The notes: generated by a model from the letters alone, not told the origin. Counted from the stretch's first letter, positions 37,894-45,985 are shown. The stretch is 64,000 bases of DNA from Candidatus Staskawiczbacteria bacterium (GCA_903928565.1 CAIYRH010000015.1:11569-75568); one strand, 5' to 3'. A program made the numbers and translations.

Positions 37894-39210
37894 TTATGAG
37901 ACTTCGCCTAGGAAGATGGGTATGGCAAGGCGGCGGCGTTTTGTTTCGCCGCGCAGAAGATTATTTTTCCTTTCTGGAGCATCGCCTCGATCTCCTATGT
38001 GTTGAGCAAATTTGTGTGCCTGAAAACTTGCACCAAGAAAGAGAGTATGCTTTCCATATTTTTCACGAACAACATCAACAGCCTCATAAAGATGCGTAAG
38101 ATTTTGTTTTTTGTTTATTGCGCCAAATAAATCAAGTTGAGAATAATTTTGTTCGTCTAATCCAAAAAGCATAATGCCAGTTGAGCGGTAAAGTTCGTTG
38201 GCGTTAAATATTTTTTCAAATGCCGGTTTAATTGCACAAATTACGTCATTCGGTATAGCGGTGGGCGTGGCAAATTTAATTTCCATTCCACAATCTTTAA
38301 AACTTTGAGTTCGTAAAATAATTATTCCACCTTTTGCTGATAGCCCATATTTTCTGGCCTTAATTGTCGCATTTTCAATGTTTTTGCAAAGTTGAGCAAA
38401 TACAAAAGTTTTATTTTTTGATGGCGGTGAAAAGGTTTTAAATTTTTGAATTGATTGATAATTATTTTTTGGTTCGGCATCAATTTTTTTTATATATTTT
38501 CCGTTAAGTTCTTGCCATATTTCGTAGTGTGGTTTTGTAAAATATTTCTTTACCCATTCTTCGGGTTTTCTAGCAAATTGAAGTGCTGTTGTAACGCCCA
38601 GTTTTGCAAGCAAGGCGGTTGTTTGGCCGCCAACGCCCCATATTTTTTCTATTGGTAAATTTTCAAGATATAAATGAATTGAAATAGCGGGAACAACCGT
38701 AAGCCCCGACGGTTTTTTCCATTTAGATGCAAGCTTGGCAACAACTTTGTTGGGCGCTAAACCAACAGAAAATGTAAAACCAAGTTCTAAATCTAGCGAG
38801 TGCTTAATTTCTTCTGCAATTTTGTCGTAAGACATTCTTAGTGGCCGTTGAAGCCCAGTTATGTCGGCAAAACATTCATCAATTGAATATTCTTCAACGT
38901 CGGGGGTAAAGCGTCTCACAATGTTAAAAAATCTTTTTGAAAGCAGGCTATATGTTTCGTAGTCCGAGGGAAGCAAAACCGCATCGGGGCAAATTTTCAT
39001 TACTTCAGACAAACGCATTGCTCGTGTTACACCACGTGCTTTTGCTTCGTAGCTCATAGACGAAACAATCCCACGTTCTTTGCCGGTAATTACTGGTTTT
39101 CCTTTTAATTTGGGGTTTCTTGATTGCTCACACGAAGCAAAAAAAGCATCGCCATCTATGTGTAGAATTGCTTGAGGAAATCCACCAAGTGACAGTGGCC
39201 TATTTTTCAT
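37894..39210 (-). CDS. Y-family DNA polymerase (DinB/UmuC-like) with a GC-rich C-terminal tail
   Basis: HIDGDAFFASCE, YSIDECFADITG and an HhH region. 438 aa. Its start abuts the lexA stop. Confidence 0.88.
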   Translation of the reverse strand: MKNRPLSLGGFPQAILHIDGDAFFASCEQSRNPKLKGKPVITGKERGIVSSMSYEAKARGVTRAMRLSEVMKICPDAVLLPSDYETYSLLSKRFFNIVRRFTPDVEEYSIDECFADITGLQRPLRMSYDKIAEEIKHSLDLELGFTFSVGLAPNKVVAKLASKWKKPSGLTVVPAISIHLYLENLPIEKIWGVGGQTTALLAKLGVTTALQFARKPEEWVKKYFTKPHYEIWQELNGKYIKKIDAEPKNNYQSIQKFKTFSPPSKNKTFVFAQLCKNIENATIKARKYGLSAKGGIIILRTQSFKDCGMEIKFATPTAIPNDVICAIKPAFEKIFNANELYRSTGIMLFGLDEQNYSQLDLFGAINKKQNLTHLYEAVDVVREKYGKHTLFLGASFQAHKFAQHIGDRGDAPERKNNLLRGETKRRRLAIPIFLGEVS

Positions 39211-39211
39211 A

Positions 39212-39781
39212 TTAATATTTTCTTATTACTGCTTTTACTATAGCTCCAATTGTTAAAGATTCTTCTGGATATAAATTTTTAAATTTTTCGTTAGCTGGTT
39301 CAAGCCAAATTTTATTGCCTTGTTTTTTGTAATATTTAATTGTCCAATCGCCATCAATTTGCGCAATAACAATGTCTCCATCTTTTGCATTTGTTCCTTT
39401 TTCTACAAGGGCCATGTCACCCTCTAAAATGCCAGCGTCTTTCATTGAGTCGCCCTTAATGGTTAAAATATATGTTGCTTCTTTGTTACGAATTAAAAAT
39501 TCATCAAGCGACATTGTGTCGTTTAATTCTTCGTCAGCTGGAGAGGGGAAGCCGGCTTCAACAATGCCAAGTTTGCGAATTTCGCTAAACAAAGATGTGG
39601 GCAAAATGTGCCCGGTTTTGTCTTTGTTAATGTAGCCCGCGTCAACAAGCCGTAAAACAAGTTTGTAAACTGCGTTTTTTGATTTTAAACCAACAAGCAA
39701 CCCAAGCTCGCTATAACTTGGCATTCTTTTTTTTGTTTGATAAAAACCTTGCAACTTGCTAACTATTATTTGTTTTTCCAT
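39212..39781 (-). CDS. lexA: LexA repressor (wHTH plus S24 peptidase)
   Basis: N-terminal wHTH and C-terminal GDSM...K dyad (KGDSMKDAGI, WTIKYYKK). The ATG at 39781 is preferred because an SOS box and a -10 element lie just upstream. Confidence 0.85.
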   Translation of the reverse strand: MEKQIIVSKLQGFYQTKKRMPSYSELGLLVGLKSKNAVYKLVLRLVDAGYINKDKTGHILPTSLFSEIRKLGIVEAGFPSPADEELNDTMSLDEFLIRNKEATYILTIKGDSMKDAGILEGDMALVEKGTNAKDGDIVIAQIDGDWTIKYYKKQGNKIWLEPANEKFKNLYPEESLTIGAIVKAVIRKY

Positions 39782-39796
39782 ACATATATTATATAT

Positions 39797-39808
39797 GAAC
39801 GAACGTTC
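39797..39808. promoter_or_regulatory. SOS (Cheo-type) box GAACGAACGTTC within the lexA promoter spacer
   Basis: It fits GAAC-N4-GTTC. On the minus strand the arrangement is TTGTAG-17 nt (containing the box)-TATAAT, with the ATG 6 nt downstream (a leaderless-type arrangement). Confidence 0.7.
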
Positions 39809-39843
39809 ACCTACAAGCCCAGTTTTCCACACGGTATTTTATG

Positions 39844-39900
39844 TTGACTTTGTGCAAATTACGTTGTAATTTATATATACCCTCAACATGGTGTTGTGGG
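39844..39900 (+). promoter_or_regulatory. cassette E conserved promoter (TTGACT-17-TAATTT) plus 21-nt 5' leader hairpin
   Basis: Near-identical to 41353-41409. The hairpin CCCTCAACAtggTGTTGTGGG starts 36 nt after the start of the -35 element. Confidence 0.7.
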
Positions 39901-39933
39901 CGAACCTTAAAAATCCGTGGGAAGGAAATACAC

Positions 39934-40221
39934 ATGAAACTACAAGTAGGGCAAAGAAGTAAATCTAATCTCGCTCAAAAAGATGGGCTTGCATTAGTCA
40001 GATTTGTGGCATTTGGAATTGTGAAGCCAAGCCAAATAGTATTCAGGCATTCTTGCTTGGGCTGCAACGCATCGGTAGACATCAAACTATCCGAGACCGA
40101 CGACGGAAAAATTTGGCTGGAAGGCCCCGATTATTGTTCGCGATGTGGTGCCAGACTGACGCCTCAAGAGCCCAAAGCAAAGAAGTTAACTCAAAGACAG
40201 ATCAGCAACTACTTTGGATAA
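39934..40221 (+). CDS. small zinc-ribbon protein (95 aa), cassette E cargo
   Basis: CLGC...CSRC. GGAAGGA lies upstream of the ATG. GC-rich. Confidence 0.6.
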   Translation: MKLQVGQRSKSNLAQKDGLALVRFVAFGIVKPSQIVFRHSCLGCNASVDIKLSETDDGKIWLEGPDYCSRCGARLTPQEPKAKKLTQRQISNYFG

Positions 40222-40262
40222 CCAACCGCAATTAGGGTGAAGTACAGCTTCATCAACACCCC

Positions 40263-40288
40263 GAGAATCATCAAGGGGTTCTTTTTTT
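40263..40288 (+). terminator. cassette E terminator
   Basis: GAGAATC...GGTTCTT stem followed by a T-run. Homologous to 42099-42123. Confidence 0.65.
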
Positions 40289-40309
40289 GTTCCGTAATAT
40301 TTCTATTTT

Positions 40310-40321
40310 ATTGTGCGACAA
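40310..40321 (+). repeat. Box A 12-mer ATTGTGCGACAA (copy 2, within an 18-nt match TTTTATTGTGCGACAAAT)
   Basis: Exact match. It is followed by Box B TAGTCGGCT...GGTGCTT. Confidence 0.85.
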
Positions 40322-40401
40322 ATTTTACGCTAGTCGGCTTTAAATCGAGGTGCTTTTGGTGATATAATAAGTTAATTAGTTGAAGCATAAAAATTAAAAT
40401 T

Positions 40402-40764
40402 ATGGATGAAGAAGAAATAAAAAAGAAACTGACTCCCGCGCAATACAAAGTTTTGAGGGAGAAGGGGACAGAAGTCCCTTTTTCGGGGAAATATGTACAT
40501 AAAACAGAAGATGGAAGCTATGTTTGTATGGTGTGTGGTAACTTTTTATTTTCATCTGATGCTCAATTTGATTCTGGCACCGGTTGGCCAAGTTTTGATA
40601 AGGCCATTGAAGGGTCGGTTGAATATAAAGATGACCACGGAGCAACTGAGATAATTTGTTCAAACTGTAAATCTCATTTGGGGCATGTTTTTAATGATGG
40701 CCCAACAGAAACGGGAAAGAGATTTTGTATAAATTCGGTTTGCTTAAACTTAAAAAATAAATAA
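40402..40764 (+). CDS. msrB: peptide-methionine (R)-S-oxide reductase
   Basis: CxxC zinc site, GTGWPSF, CSNCKSHLGHVFNDGP. Confidence 0.92.
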   Translation: MDEEEIKKKLTPAQYKVLREKGTEVPFSGKYVHKTEDGSYVCMVCGNFLFSSDAQFDSGTGWPSFDKAIEGSVEYKDDHGATEIICSNCKSHLGHVFNDGPTETGKRFCINSVCLNLKNK

Positions 40765-40795
40765 AAAAAGGGATTTTTAGTTCCCTTGGTAAAAT

Positions 40796-41308
40796 ATGAT
40801 TACAGAAAAAGAAGCAGTGCAACTATTAGAAAGCATGGCTTCTGACAAAAATGTTAAACACTGTAGGGGCGTAGCAGAGGCGGCTTTTGAGTTGGCAACA
40901 AAAATTAAAAAGAAAAACTCGCAGCTGAATATTGATCCACTGAAGATTAAAATAGCTGCTTTATTGCATGACATTGGGAAGTGCAGGGAAGGCGTTCATG
41001 AATTGAATACAATAGAAATTCTTAAAAGGGAGGGGCTTGATGATATAGCTGACATTGCCATGCACGGATTTTTGTATGAGATATGTCTGTTGGAAGGTAA
41101 AAATACCCATGGGCTTTTGCCAAAAAATCTTGAAAACAAAATAGTTGTTTTAGCTGATATGTATTATAACCAAAAAGAAGAGCGGGTAAGCCTGGAGCAA
41201 AGATTTGAAGATATGGAAAGCAGATACGGTGATCTATTTTTAAAAGCAATACGTTTGGCAAAACCAAGAATGATAAAACTTGAAGAAGAAATTAGTAATT
41301 TAATTTAA
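40796..41308 (+). CDS. HD-domain (HDIG) phosphohydrolase
   Basis: HCRGVA, LLHDIGK. Confidence 0.75.
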   Translation: MITEKEAVQLLESMASDKNVKHCRGVAEAAFELATKIKKKNSQLNIDPLKIKIAALLHDIGKCREGVHELNTIEILKREGLDDIADIAMHGFLYEICLLEGKNTHGLLPKNLENKIVVLADMYYNQKEERVSLEQRFEDMESRYGDLFLKAIRLAKPRMIKLEEEISNLI

Positions 41309-41328
41309 TAATGTAAATAAATAAAAAA

Positions 41329-41351
41329 AGAGGGGATTGGCCTCTTTTTTT
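41329..41351 (+). terminator. rho-independent terminator after the HD gene
   Basis: AGAGG-ggattgg-CCTCT followed by T7. It abuts the cassette F -35 element. Confidence 0.75.
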
Positions 41352-41352
41352 A

Positions 41353-41409
41353 TTGACTTTTTGATATTTTTGTTTTAGTTTATATATACCCATAACACGG
41401 TGTTTTGGG
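41353..41409 (+). promoter_or_regulatory. cassette F conserved promoter (TTGACT-17-TAGTTT) plus 21-nt 5' leader hairpin
   Basis: Near-identical to 39844-39900. Hairpin CCCATAACAcggTGTTTTGGG. Confidence 0.7.
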
Positions 41410-41430
41410 CGAACCTTGAAAATATCAACG

Positions 41431-42060
41431 ATGAAAACACGATATTTATTGATTGCGCTTCTGTGCGCATTGACGCTTGGCTGCCAAAAGGCGCCGAAAA
41501 CAGAAGATGAAGCGTTTGGTGATTTTGCCAAGAGCGTTCTTGCGGCTGGGAAGGCAAAAGATTCTGGCACATTTATTAACAAGTTGAGTATGGCAAGTGT
41601 TGCCGACCTTAACGCTTTGGTTGAAGTGCTGAAAAAAGCAAATCTTCAGATTAGCCTTAATGAAAACGAGGAAAAGCCCACGGACGCCGAGATTCGGAAA
41701 GAAGCCGAAGCAAATGTGCGATTATTTATGGATTCATATGCCGACGTTTTTGAGGCCGATGGTATGCTTTCTTGCGTTGTAACTGCGCAAGATACAGAGA
41801 TAAAGGGAGCAAATGTTTATTCCATGATCATTTGGGCTAAACACAAAGACGGAAAATTTCGTGGGATCAAAATTGACAGCGCTTGGAAGAGAGATGACGG
41901 CACAATTAAGGTTATCACCTGGACACAGCTTGATGGCTACGCAGCAAGCAAGCATGCCTCCAAGAAGAAGGCTATTCTGGAGTGCGACACAGTTGAAGCC
42001 TGTGACTATCCAAACATGATAACGTATGAATATGTTTTCAGTAAATATGACATGAACTAG
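41431..42060 (+). CDS. lipoprotein (209 aa), cassette F cargo
   Basis: MKTRYLLIALLCALTLGC is a signal peptide with a lipobox. GC-rich. No family was recognised. Confidence 0.65.
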   Translation: MKTRYLLIALLCALTLGCQKAPKTEDEAFGDFAKSVLAAGKAKDSGTFINKLSMASVADLNALVEVLKKANLQISLNENEEKPTDAEIRKEAEANVRLFMDSYADVFEADGMLSCVVTAQDTEIKGANVYSMIIWAKHKDGKFRGIKIDSAWKRDDGTIKVITWTQLDGYAASKHASKKKAILECDTVEACDYPNMITYEYVFSKYDMN

Positions 42061-42098
42061 GCGAGCAATTGCTACTTGGTATGAACCCATTCTCACCC

Positions 42099-42123
42099 GA
42101 GAATCCTTAAGGGTTCTTTTTTT
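42099..42123 (+). terminator. cassette F terminator
   Basis: GAATCC-ttaa-GGGTTC followed by T7. Confidence 0.75.
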
Positions 42124-42139
42124 GTACGCCTAAATTTTT

Positions 42140-42151
42140 ATTGTGCGACAA
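42140..42151 (+). repeat. Box A 12-mer ATTGTGCGACAA (copy 3)
   Basis: Exact match. It is followed by the hairpin CATAACCGAC-caaatta-GTCGGTTATG and GGTGCTT, which ends 2 nt before the recombinase stop codon. Confidence 0.85.
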
Positions 42152-42197
42152 ATCTAACATTGCATAACCGACCAAATTAGTCGGTTATGGTGCTTAA

Positions 42198-43169
42198 TTA
42201 CGTCTTATCTGGGTCGGAATGAAACTGATGATGAATGTCACGCAAGCGTTTGTTTGTTACGTGCGTGTAAATTTGAGTGGTGGCGATATTTGAATGGCCA
42301 AGAAATTCTTGAATGCTTCGAAGGTCAACACCTTGGTTCATTAAATCTGTTGCATATGAATGTCTAAGTGTGTGAGGTGTGGTAAAAATTGGCACGCCTG
42401 AAAGTAATGCATATTTTTTAACCATGCGTTCAATAGATCTTGGCGTAAGCCGGGCATTTGTATCATCTTTTTTATCGCGAAAATTTATAAACAAAGCTTT
42501 TTGGTTGGCATGCGAAACATCATTTCTTATTTTAAGATAATCTTTAATAAAATTAATGGCACGTTCAGAAAAATAAACAACGCGCGGTTTTCCGCCCTTT
42601 CCAATAACTCCAAGTTCCATGTCCCTTTTTTCTTTCAAACTATTAAACTGTTCAAGGTTGAGTGAAACCAATTCGGCAATGCGCAAACCAGTTGAGAAAA
42701 AGGATTCTAAAATAGCCCTGTCGCGGGTGGTTATGTTGTCTTTAGGCTCTATAGAGGCCAAAAGCTTACTAACTTGGTCCAGGGTAAGGAATTTAACGCT
42801 TTTTAGCGCTCTATCGGCCTTTGCAAGGGCTATTTTGTCTGGGGGCAGTGAAAGTACGTCTTTTGCCACAAAGTAGCCTAAAAAAGCTCTTAGAGCGATT
42901 AAATAGTAGTTTTGGGTGCCCTTAGATAGCAATTTACCGGTGGCTGGGCTTGGGGTGCGGGAAAGGTATAAACGATAGGTCCAAATATGGTCTGCGGTTA
43001 ATTGATGGGGGAGCAGAAGGTCATTTTTGCTCTCGGCGAGCCAATAAAAAAACTTAATTAAATAATTTTTATAATTCTCTTGAGTATTTTTTCTTAAACC
43101 TTTTTCAACTTCACAAAAGTCTAAAAAATCTTGTAGATGTTCTTTAATTGGTTTTGATGATTTTTGCAT
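42198..43169 (-). CDS. tyrosine site-specific recombinase (XerC/XerD-like integrase family)
   Basis: SAM-like N-terminal domain. Catalytic residues in RIAEL, HTLRHSYAT, LGHSNIATTQIYTHV. Confidence 0.88.
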   Translation of the reverse strand: MQKSSKPIKEHLQDFLDFCEVEKGLRKNTQENYKNYLIKFFYWLAESKNDLLLPHQLTADHIWTYRLYLSRTPSPATGKLLSKGTQNYYLIALRAFLGYFVAKDVLSLPPDKIALAKADRALKSVKFLTLDQVSKLLASIEPKDNITTRDRAILESFFSTGLRIAELVSLNLEQFNSLKEKRDMELGVIGKGGKPRVVYFSERAINFIKDYLKIRNDVSHANQKALFINFRDKKDDTNARLTPRSIERMVKKYALLSGVPIFTTPHTLRHSYATDLMNQGVDLRSIQEFLGHSNIATTQIYTHVTNKRLRDIHHQFHSDPDKT

Positions 43170-43436
43170 AGTTTTATTTAGGCCGCCTTATATAACGTCT
43201 CTTTACCTACATTTTGCGACATACTATATACCTCTATAATAGTCTCCCCTTGGGCTCAGGTCAAGACCTAATAATCCACAAAAGACGACCCAGGCATCAA
43301 TTTTGCTGGCGCATGCGTGCATAATAATTATTTACATCACTATTCCCCACACTTTTAGATATAATTTTAAAAAAATAATTTTTTATTTTTCTTAAATATT
43401 TTTCTAAATTATTTTTTTTCTTTCACTAGCACAAAT

Positions 43437-43988
43437 TTAACTGACTCTCCCCCATTTTGATGGATCTTCAATAAACTTGATATAAGCCTCGCGCAGAAGC
43501 TTGGCATCGTCTAAAGCGTTGTGTTGGTTATATTTAGAACGGTCAATGCCAAGTCTTTTAAGAAGTTCTGCATTATTTTCTGAATAATAAGCTGTGGGGT
43601 CTATTCCGTGTGCAAATAACATTGTTGCAAAATCAACGGAAACTAATTGAAAAGGGTTATCAATAGTGTCATCAACAGACATTAATAATTTTTGCCAGTA
43701 CATTGCATCATCTTGGTTTATGTAACCAACAGCGTAAGGCTTTGTATTACCAACAAATTCACTAATTTTTTTAACAGCTTCTTTTGCAGTAATGCGATTG
43801 CCTGTTAGAAAGGGCATCACGTGACTTTTAACCCAATCGCTGGCCTCCCCACTATATTCTAACTCTACATATAATTCTTCACCGGTAAATTTTACCAAGC
43901 CAATTGAAATTAGCTCGGCCTTGTTTGGGTCTAAACTAGTAAACTCAGTGTCAAAAAATATTATATTATCTGAAAATGGTTTTATCAT
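43437..43988 (-). CDS. DEDDh 3'-5' exonuclease
   Basis: FFDTEFTSLD (ExoI), YINQDDAM (ExoII-like), HNALDDAK (ExoIII). The ATG at 43988 is preferred over the GTG at 44003. Confidence 0.75.
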   Translation of the reverse strand: MIKPFSDNIIFFDTEFTSLDPNKAELISIGLVKFTGEELYVELEYSGEASDWVKSHVMPFLTGNRITAKEAVKKISEFVGNTKPYAVGYINQDDAMYWQKLLMSVDDTIDNPFQLVSVDFATMLFAHGIDPTAYYSENNAELLKRLGIDRSKYNQHNALDDAKLLREAYIKFIEDPSKWGRVS

Positions 43989-44041
43989 AATTGATGCCTG
44001 CACTGCTTGCGCTGAGCTTGCCGAAGAAAGCCATAGCCGAA

Positions 44042-44053
44042 TTGTCGCACAAT
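44042..44053 (-). repeat. Box A 12-mer (copy 4, reverse complement; full site ATTGTGCGACAAT)
   Basis: Exact 12-mer. It lies 3 nt after the stop of the 44057-44449 gene. In minus orientation it is followed by TCGGCTATGGC (Box B-like). Confidence 0.85.
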
Positions 44054-44056
44054 AAA

Positions 44057-44449
44057 CTATGCATTCTTAAAATAATTTATCAAATCCTCTGTATCTTTTG
44101 CTATATAGTCAAAAAAGGCTTTTCCCCATTCGCTGAACTCTCTAGTTTCTTCAACAGTTAATCCAACTACTTTTTTACCTAAAGCCTTTGCATATCCCGC
44201 TTCTAAGTATATTCCTCTAGTATCCGAAAGCGCCACTATAACTCCGTCGCAATTTCTTATGACCTCTAACTCTTTTTCCAATAAATCTTTTCCGGATAGG
44301 GATTGATCGGCATCTCTATACGGTAAGAATATTTTGATGCCAACTTCTTCTAATGCCTTGCAGAGCTTTTCGTTACGAGTTAGTTTTTTAAAATCTAACT
44401 CGTTGGTTCGGACGTTAACGTTAACGTGTGGAGTCGCAAAATAGTACAT
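44057..44449 (-). CDS. nucleoside 2-deoxyribosyltransferase-like (NDT/SLOG-fold) protein
   Basis: 130 aa. CDGVIVALSDTRGIYLEAGYAKALGKKVVGL resembles the D..GT..E.GyA.algKp motif. Confidence 0.55.
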   Translation of the reverse strand: MYYFATPHVNVNVRTNELDFKKLTRNEKLCKALEEVGIKIFLPYRDADQSLSGKDLLEKELEVIRNCDGVIVALSDTRGIYLEAGYAKALGKKVVGLTVEETREFSEWGKAFFDYIAKDTEDLINYFKNA

Positions 44450-44455
44450 ATATAT

Positions 44456-45985
44456 TTAATTTAACATTTTTATCGCGTCGTAAATGCGTTTTAGGGTTTT
44501 TTCTCGGCCTAAAATGTTGGCTATTTCAAATGGGCTGGGCGACATGTTTTTGCCCGAAAGAGCCACGCGTAATGGCCACAGCATGTAGCCTCTATTTTTT
44601 TCAGGGTAACCTTTTTCTAAATTAAATTTTTCTGCAACAGAAAACATTTCCGTTTCCATTACTTTTAAATCCCAATTTTTTATTTCACCCAATATTTTTT
44701 CTGACAACATTAGGGCATCTTTAACATCACTGTCCCCCATTTTCTGCCACCTCAATAATTCTTTTTCAAAAATTAATTTATCTTTAAAGAAAAAATCTGA
44801 AAGTTCTACAATGTCTGATAATTTTTTCATTCTGTTGCGCGACACTTCAACAATTTCCTGTAATTGATTTTGTGTCATTTGGCCAATTACCAGCAACCCC
44901 GTTTCTTTTAAATATGGCACGCAAAGCTCAGTTAATTTTTCTATTGATTTCTCGCGAATATAAAAACCATTTAGAAAGTCCAATCTTTGAATGTTAAAAA
45001 CAGCTCCTGCCTTTTGCACTTTTTCAATTGAAAATTCTTTTGCCAGTTGAGCTAGTGTAAAAACTTCTTTTTCTGTGCCCGGATTCCAGCCCAATAAAAC
45101 CATAAAGTTAACAATTGCCTCGGGTAAATAACCATTTTTATGGTAATCTGCAAGTGCAACATCGCCCTGTCGTTTTGAAAGCTTACTGCGGTCTGTGTTT
45201 AACATTAAGGGCAAATGAGCATATGTTGGTTGATAAAAATCTAAGGCTTGTTGAATTAATATTTGGCGAGGCGTATTAGGCAAATGTTCTTCGCCTCTAA
45301 TTACATGACTAATTTGCATTAAAAAGTCATCAACAACAACTGCAAAGTGATACAATGGGGCTTCCATATTTTTTGCAATAACAATGTCGCCCAGTAAATT
45401 GGCATCAAACTCTACTACCCCGCGCACTAAATCGGTAAATTTAACTTTGCTTGTGCCCCGAGGGGTATTATTTTCAATTTTAAATCTAATAACAGACGGT
45501 TCGCCACTTGCTAGTTTTTTTTCTACAACTTCTGGTGACAAATGAGTACAAGTGCGGTCGTATTTAGGAGCTAATCCCCTACTCATTTGCTCTTGTCTTT
45601 TATTTTCTAATTCTTCTTCTGTGCAAAAACAATAATATGCTTTTTTTTCTTCTAAAAGTTTTTCTAAATATTTTTTATAAATGTCAATTCTTTGCGACTG
45701 TTTATAGGGGCCAAAATTTCCGTCTATGTCTGGGCCTTCGTCCCAGGCAATCCCCAACCATTTTAATTCTTCTAGAATTTCGTCTGTCCATTTTTGTTCG
45801 CTTCTTTGAGTGTCGGTGTCTTCAATGCGTAAAATAAATTTGCCCTTATTTTGTTTGGCAAATAAATAATTAAACAACGCCGTGCGTGAACCGCCCACGT
45901 GAAGTGGCCCCGTTGGCGACGGCGCAAACCTCACTCTCACCGTCTTTGGCTCGATATTTTTTCCTGTTTTATTTTTTTTAATCAT
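44456..45985 (-). CDS. gltX: glutamate--tRNA ligase
   Basis: RFAPSPTGPLHVGG, KLSKRQG. Confidence 0.93.
   Translation of the reverse strand: MIKKNKTGKNIEPKTVRVRFAPSPTGPLHVGGSRTALFNYLFAKQNKGKFILRIEDTDTQRSEQKWTDEILEELKWLGIAWDEGPDIDGNFGPYKQSQRIDIYKKYLEKLLEEKKAYYCFCTEEELENKRQEQMSRGLAPKYDRTCTHLSPEVVEKKLASGEPSVIRFKIENNTPRGTSKVKFTDLVRGVVEFDANLLGDIVIAKNMEAPLYHFAVVVDDFLMQISHVIRGEEHLPNTPRQILIQQALDFYQPTYAHLPLMLNTDRSKLSKRQGDVALADYHKNGYLPEAIVNFMVLLGWNPGTEKEVFTLAQLAKEFSIEKVQKAGAVFNIQRLDFLNGFYIREKSIEKLTELCVPYLKETGLLVIGQMTQNQLQEIVEVSRNRMKKLSDIVELSDFFFKDKLIFEKELLRWQKMGDSDVKDALMLSEKILGEIKNWDLKVMETEMFSVAEKFNLEKGYPEKNRGYMLWPLRVALSGKNMSPSPFEIANILGREKTLKRIYDAIKMLN

Noticed and set aside
37869-38099. A + strand 76-aa Arg/Gly-rich ORF crossing the SPFH/polymerase junction.
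   Set aside because: It lies antisense to the conserved Y-family polymerase C-terminal region in a GC-rich patch. It has no start context or motif support.
39841-39933. A longer version of the cassette E ORF starting at 39841, and the TTG start at 41416 for cassette F.
   Set aside because: These extensions would cover the conserved promoter and 5' hairpin shared by both cassettes. The downstream ATGs give a sensible zinc-ribbon protein and a lipoprotein signal peptide.
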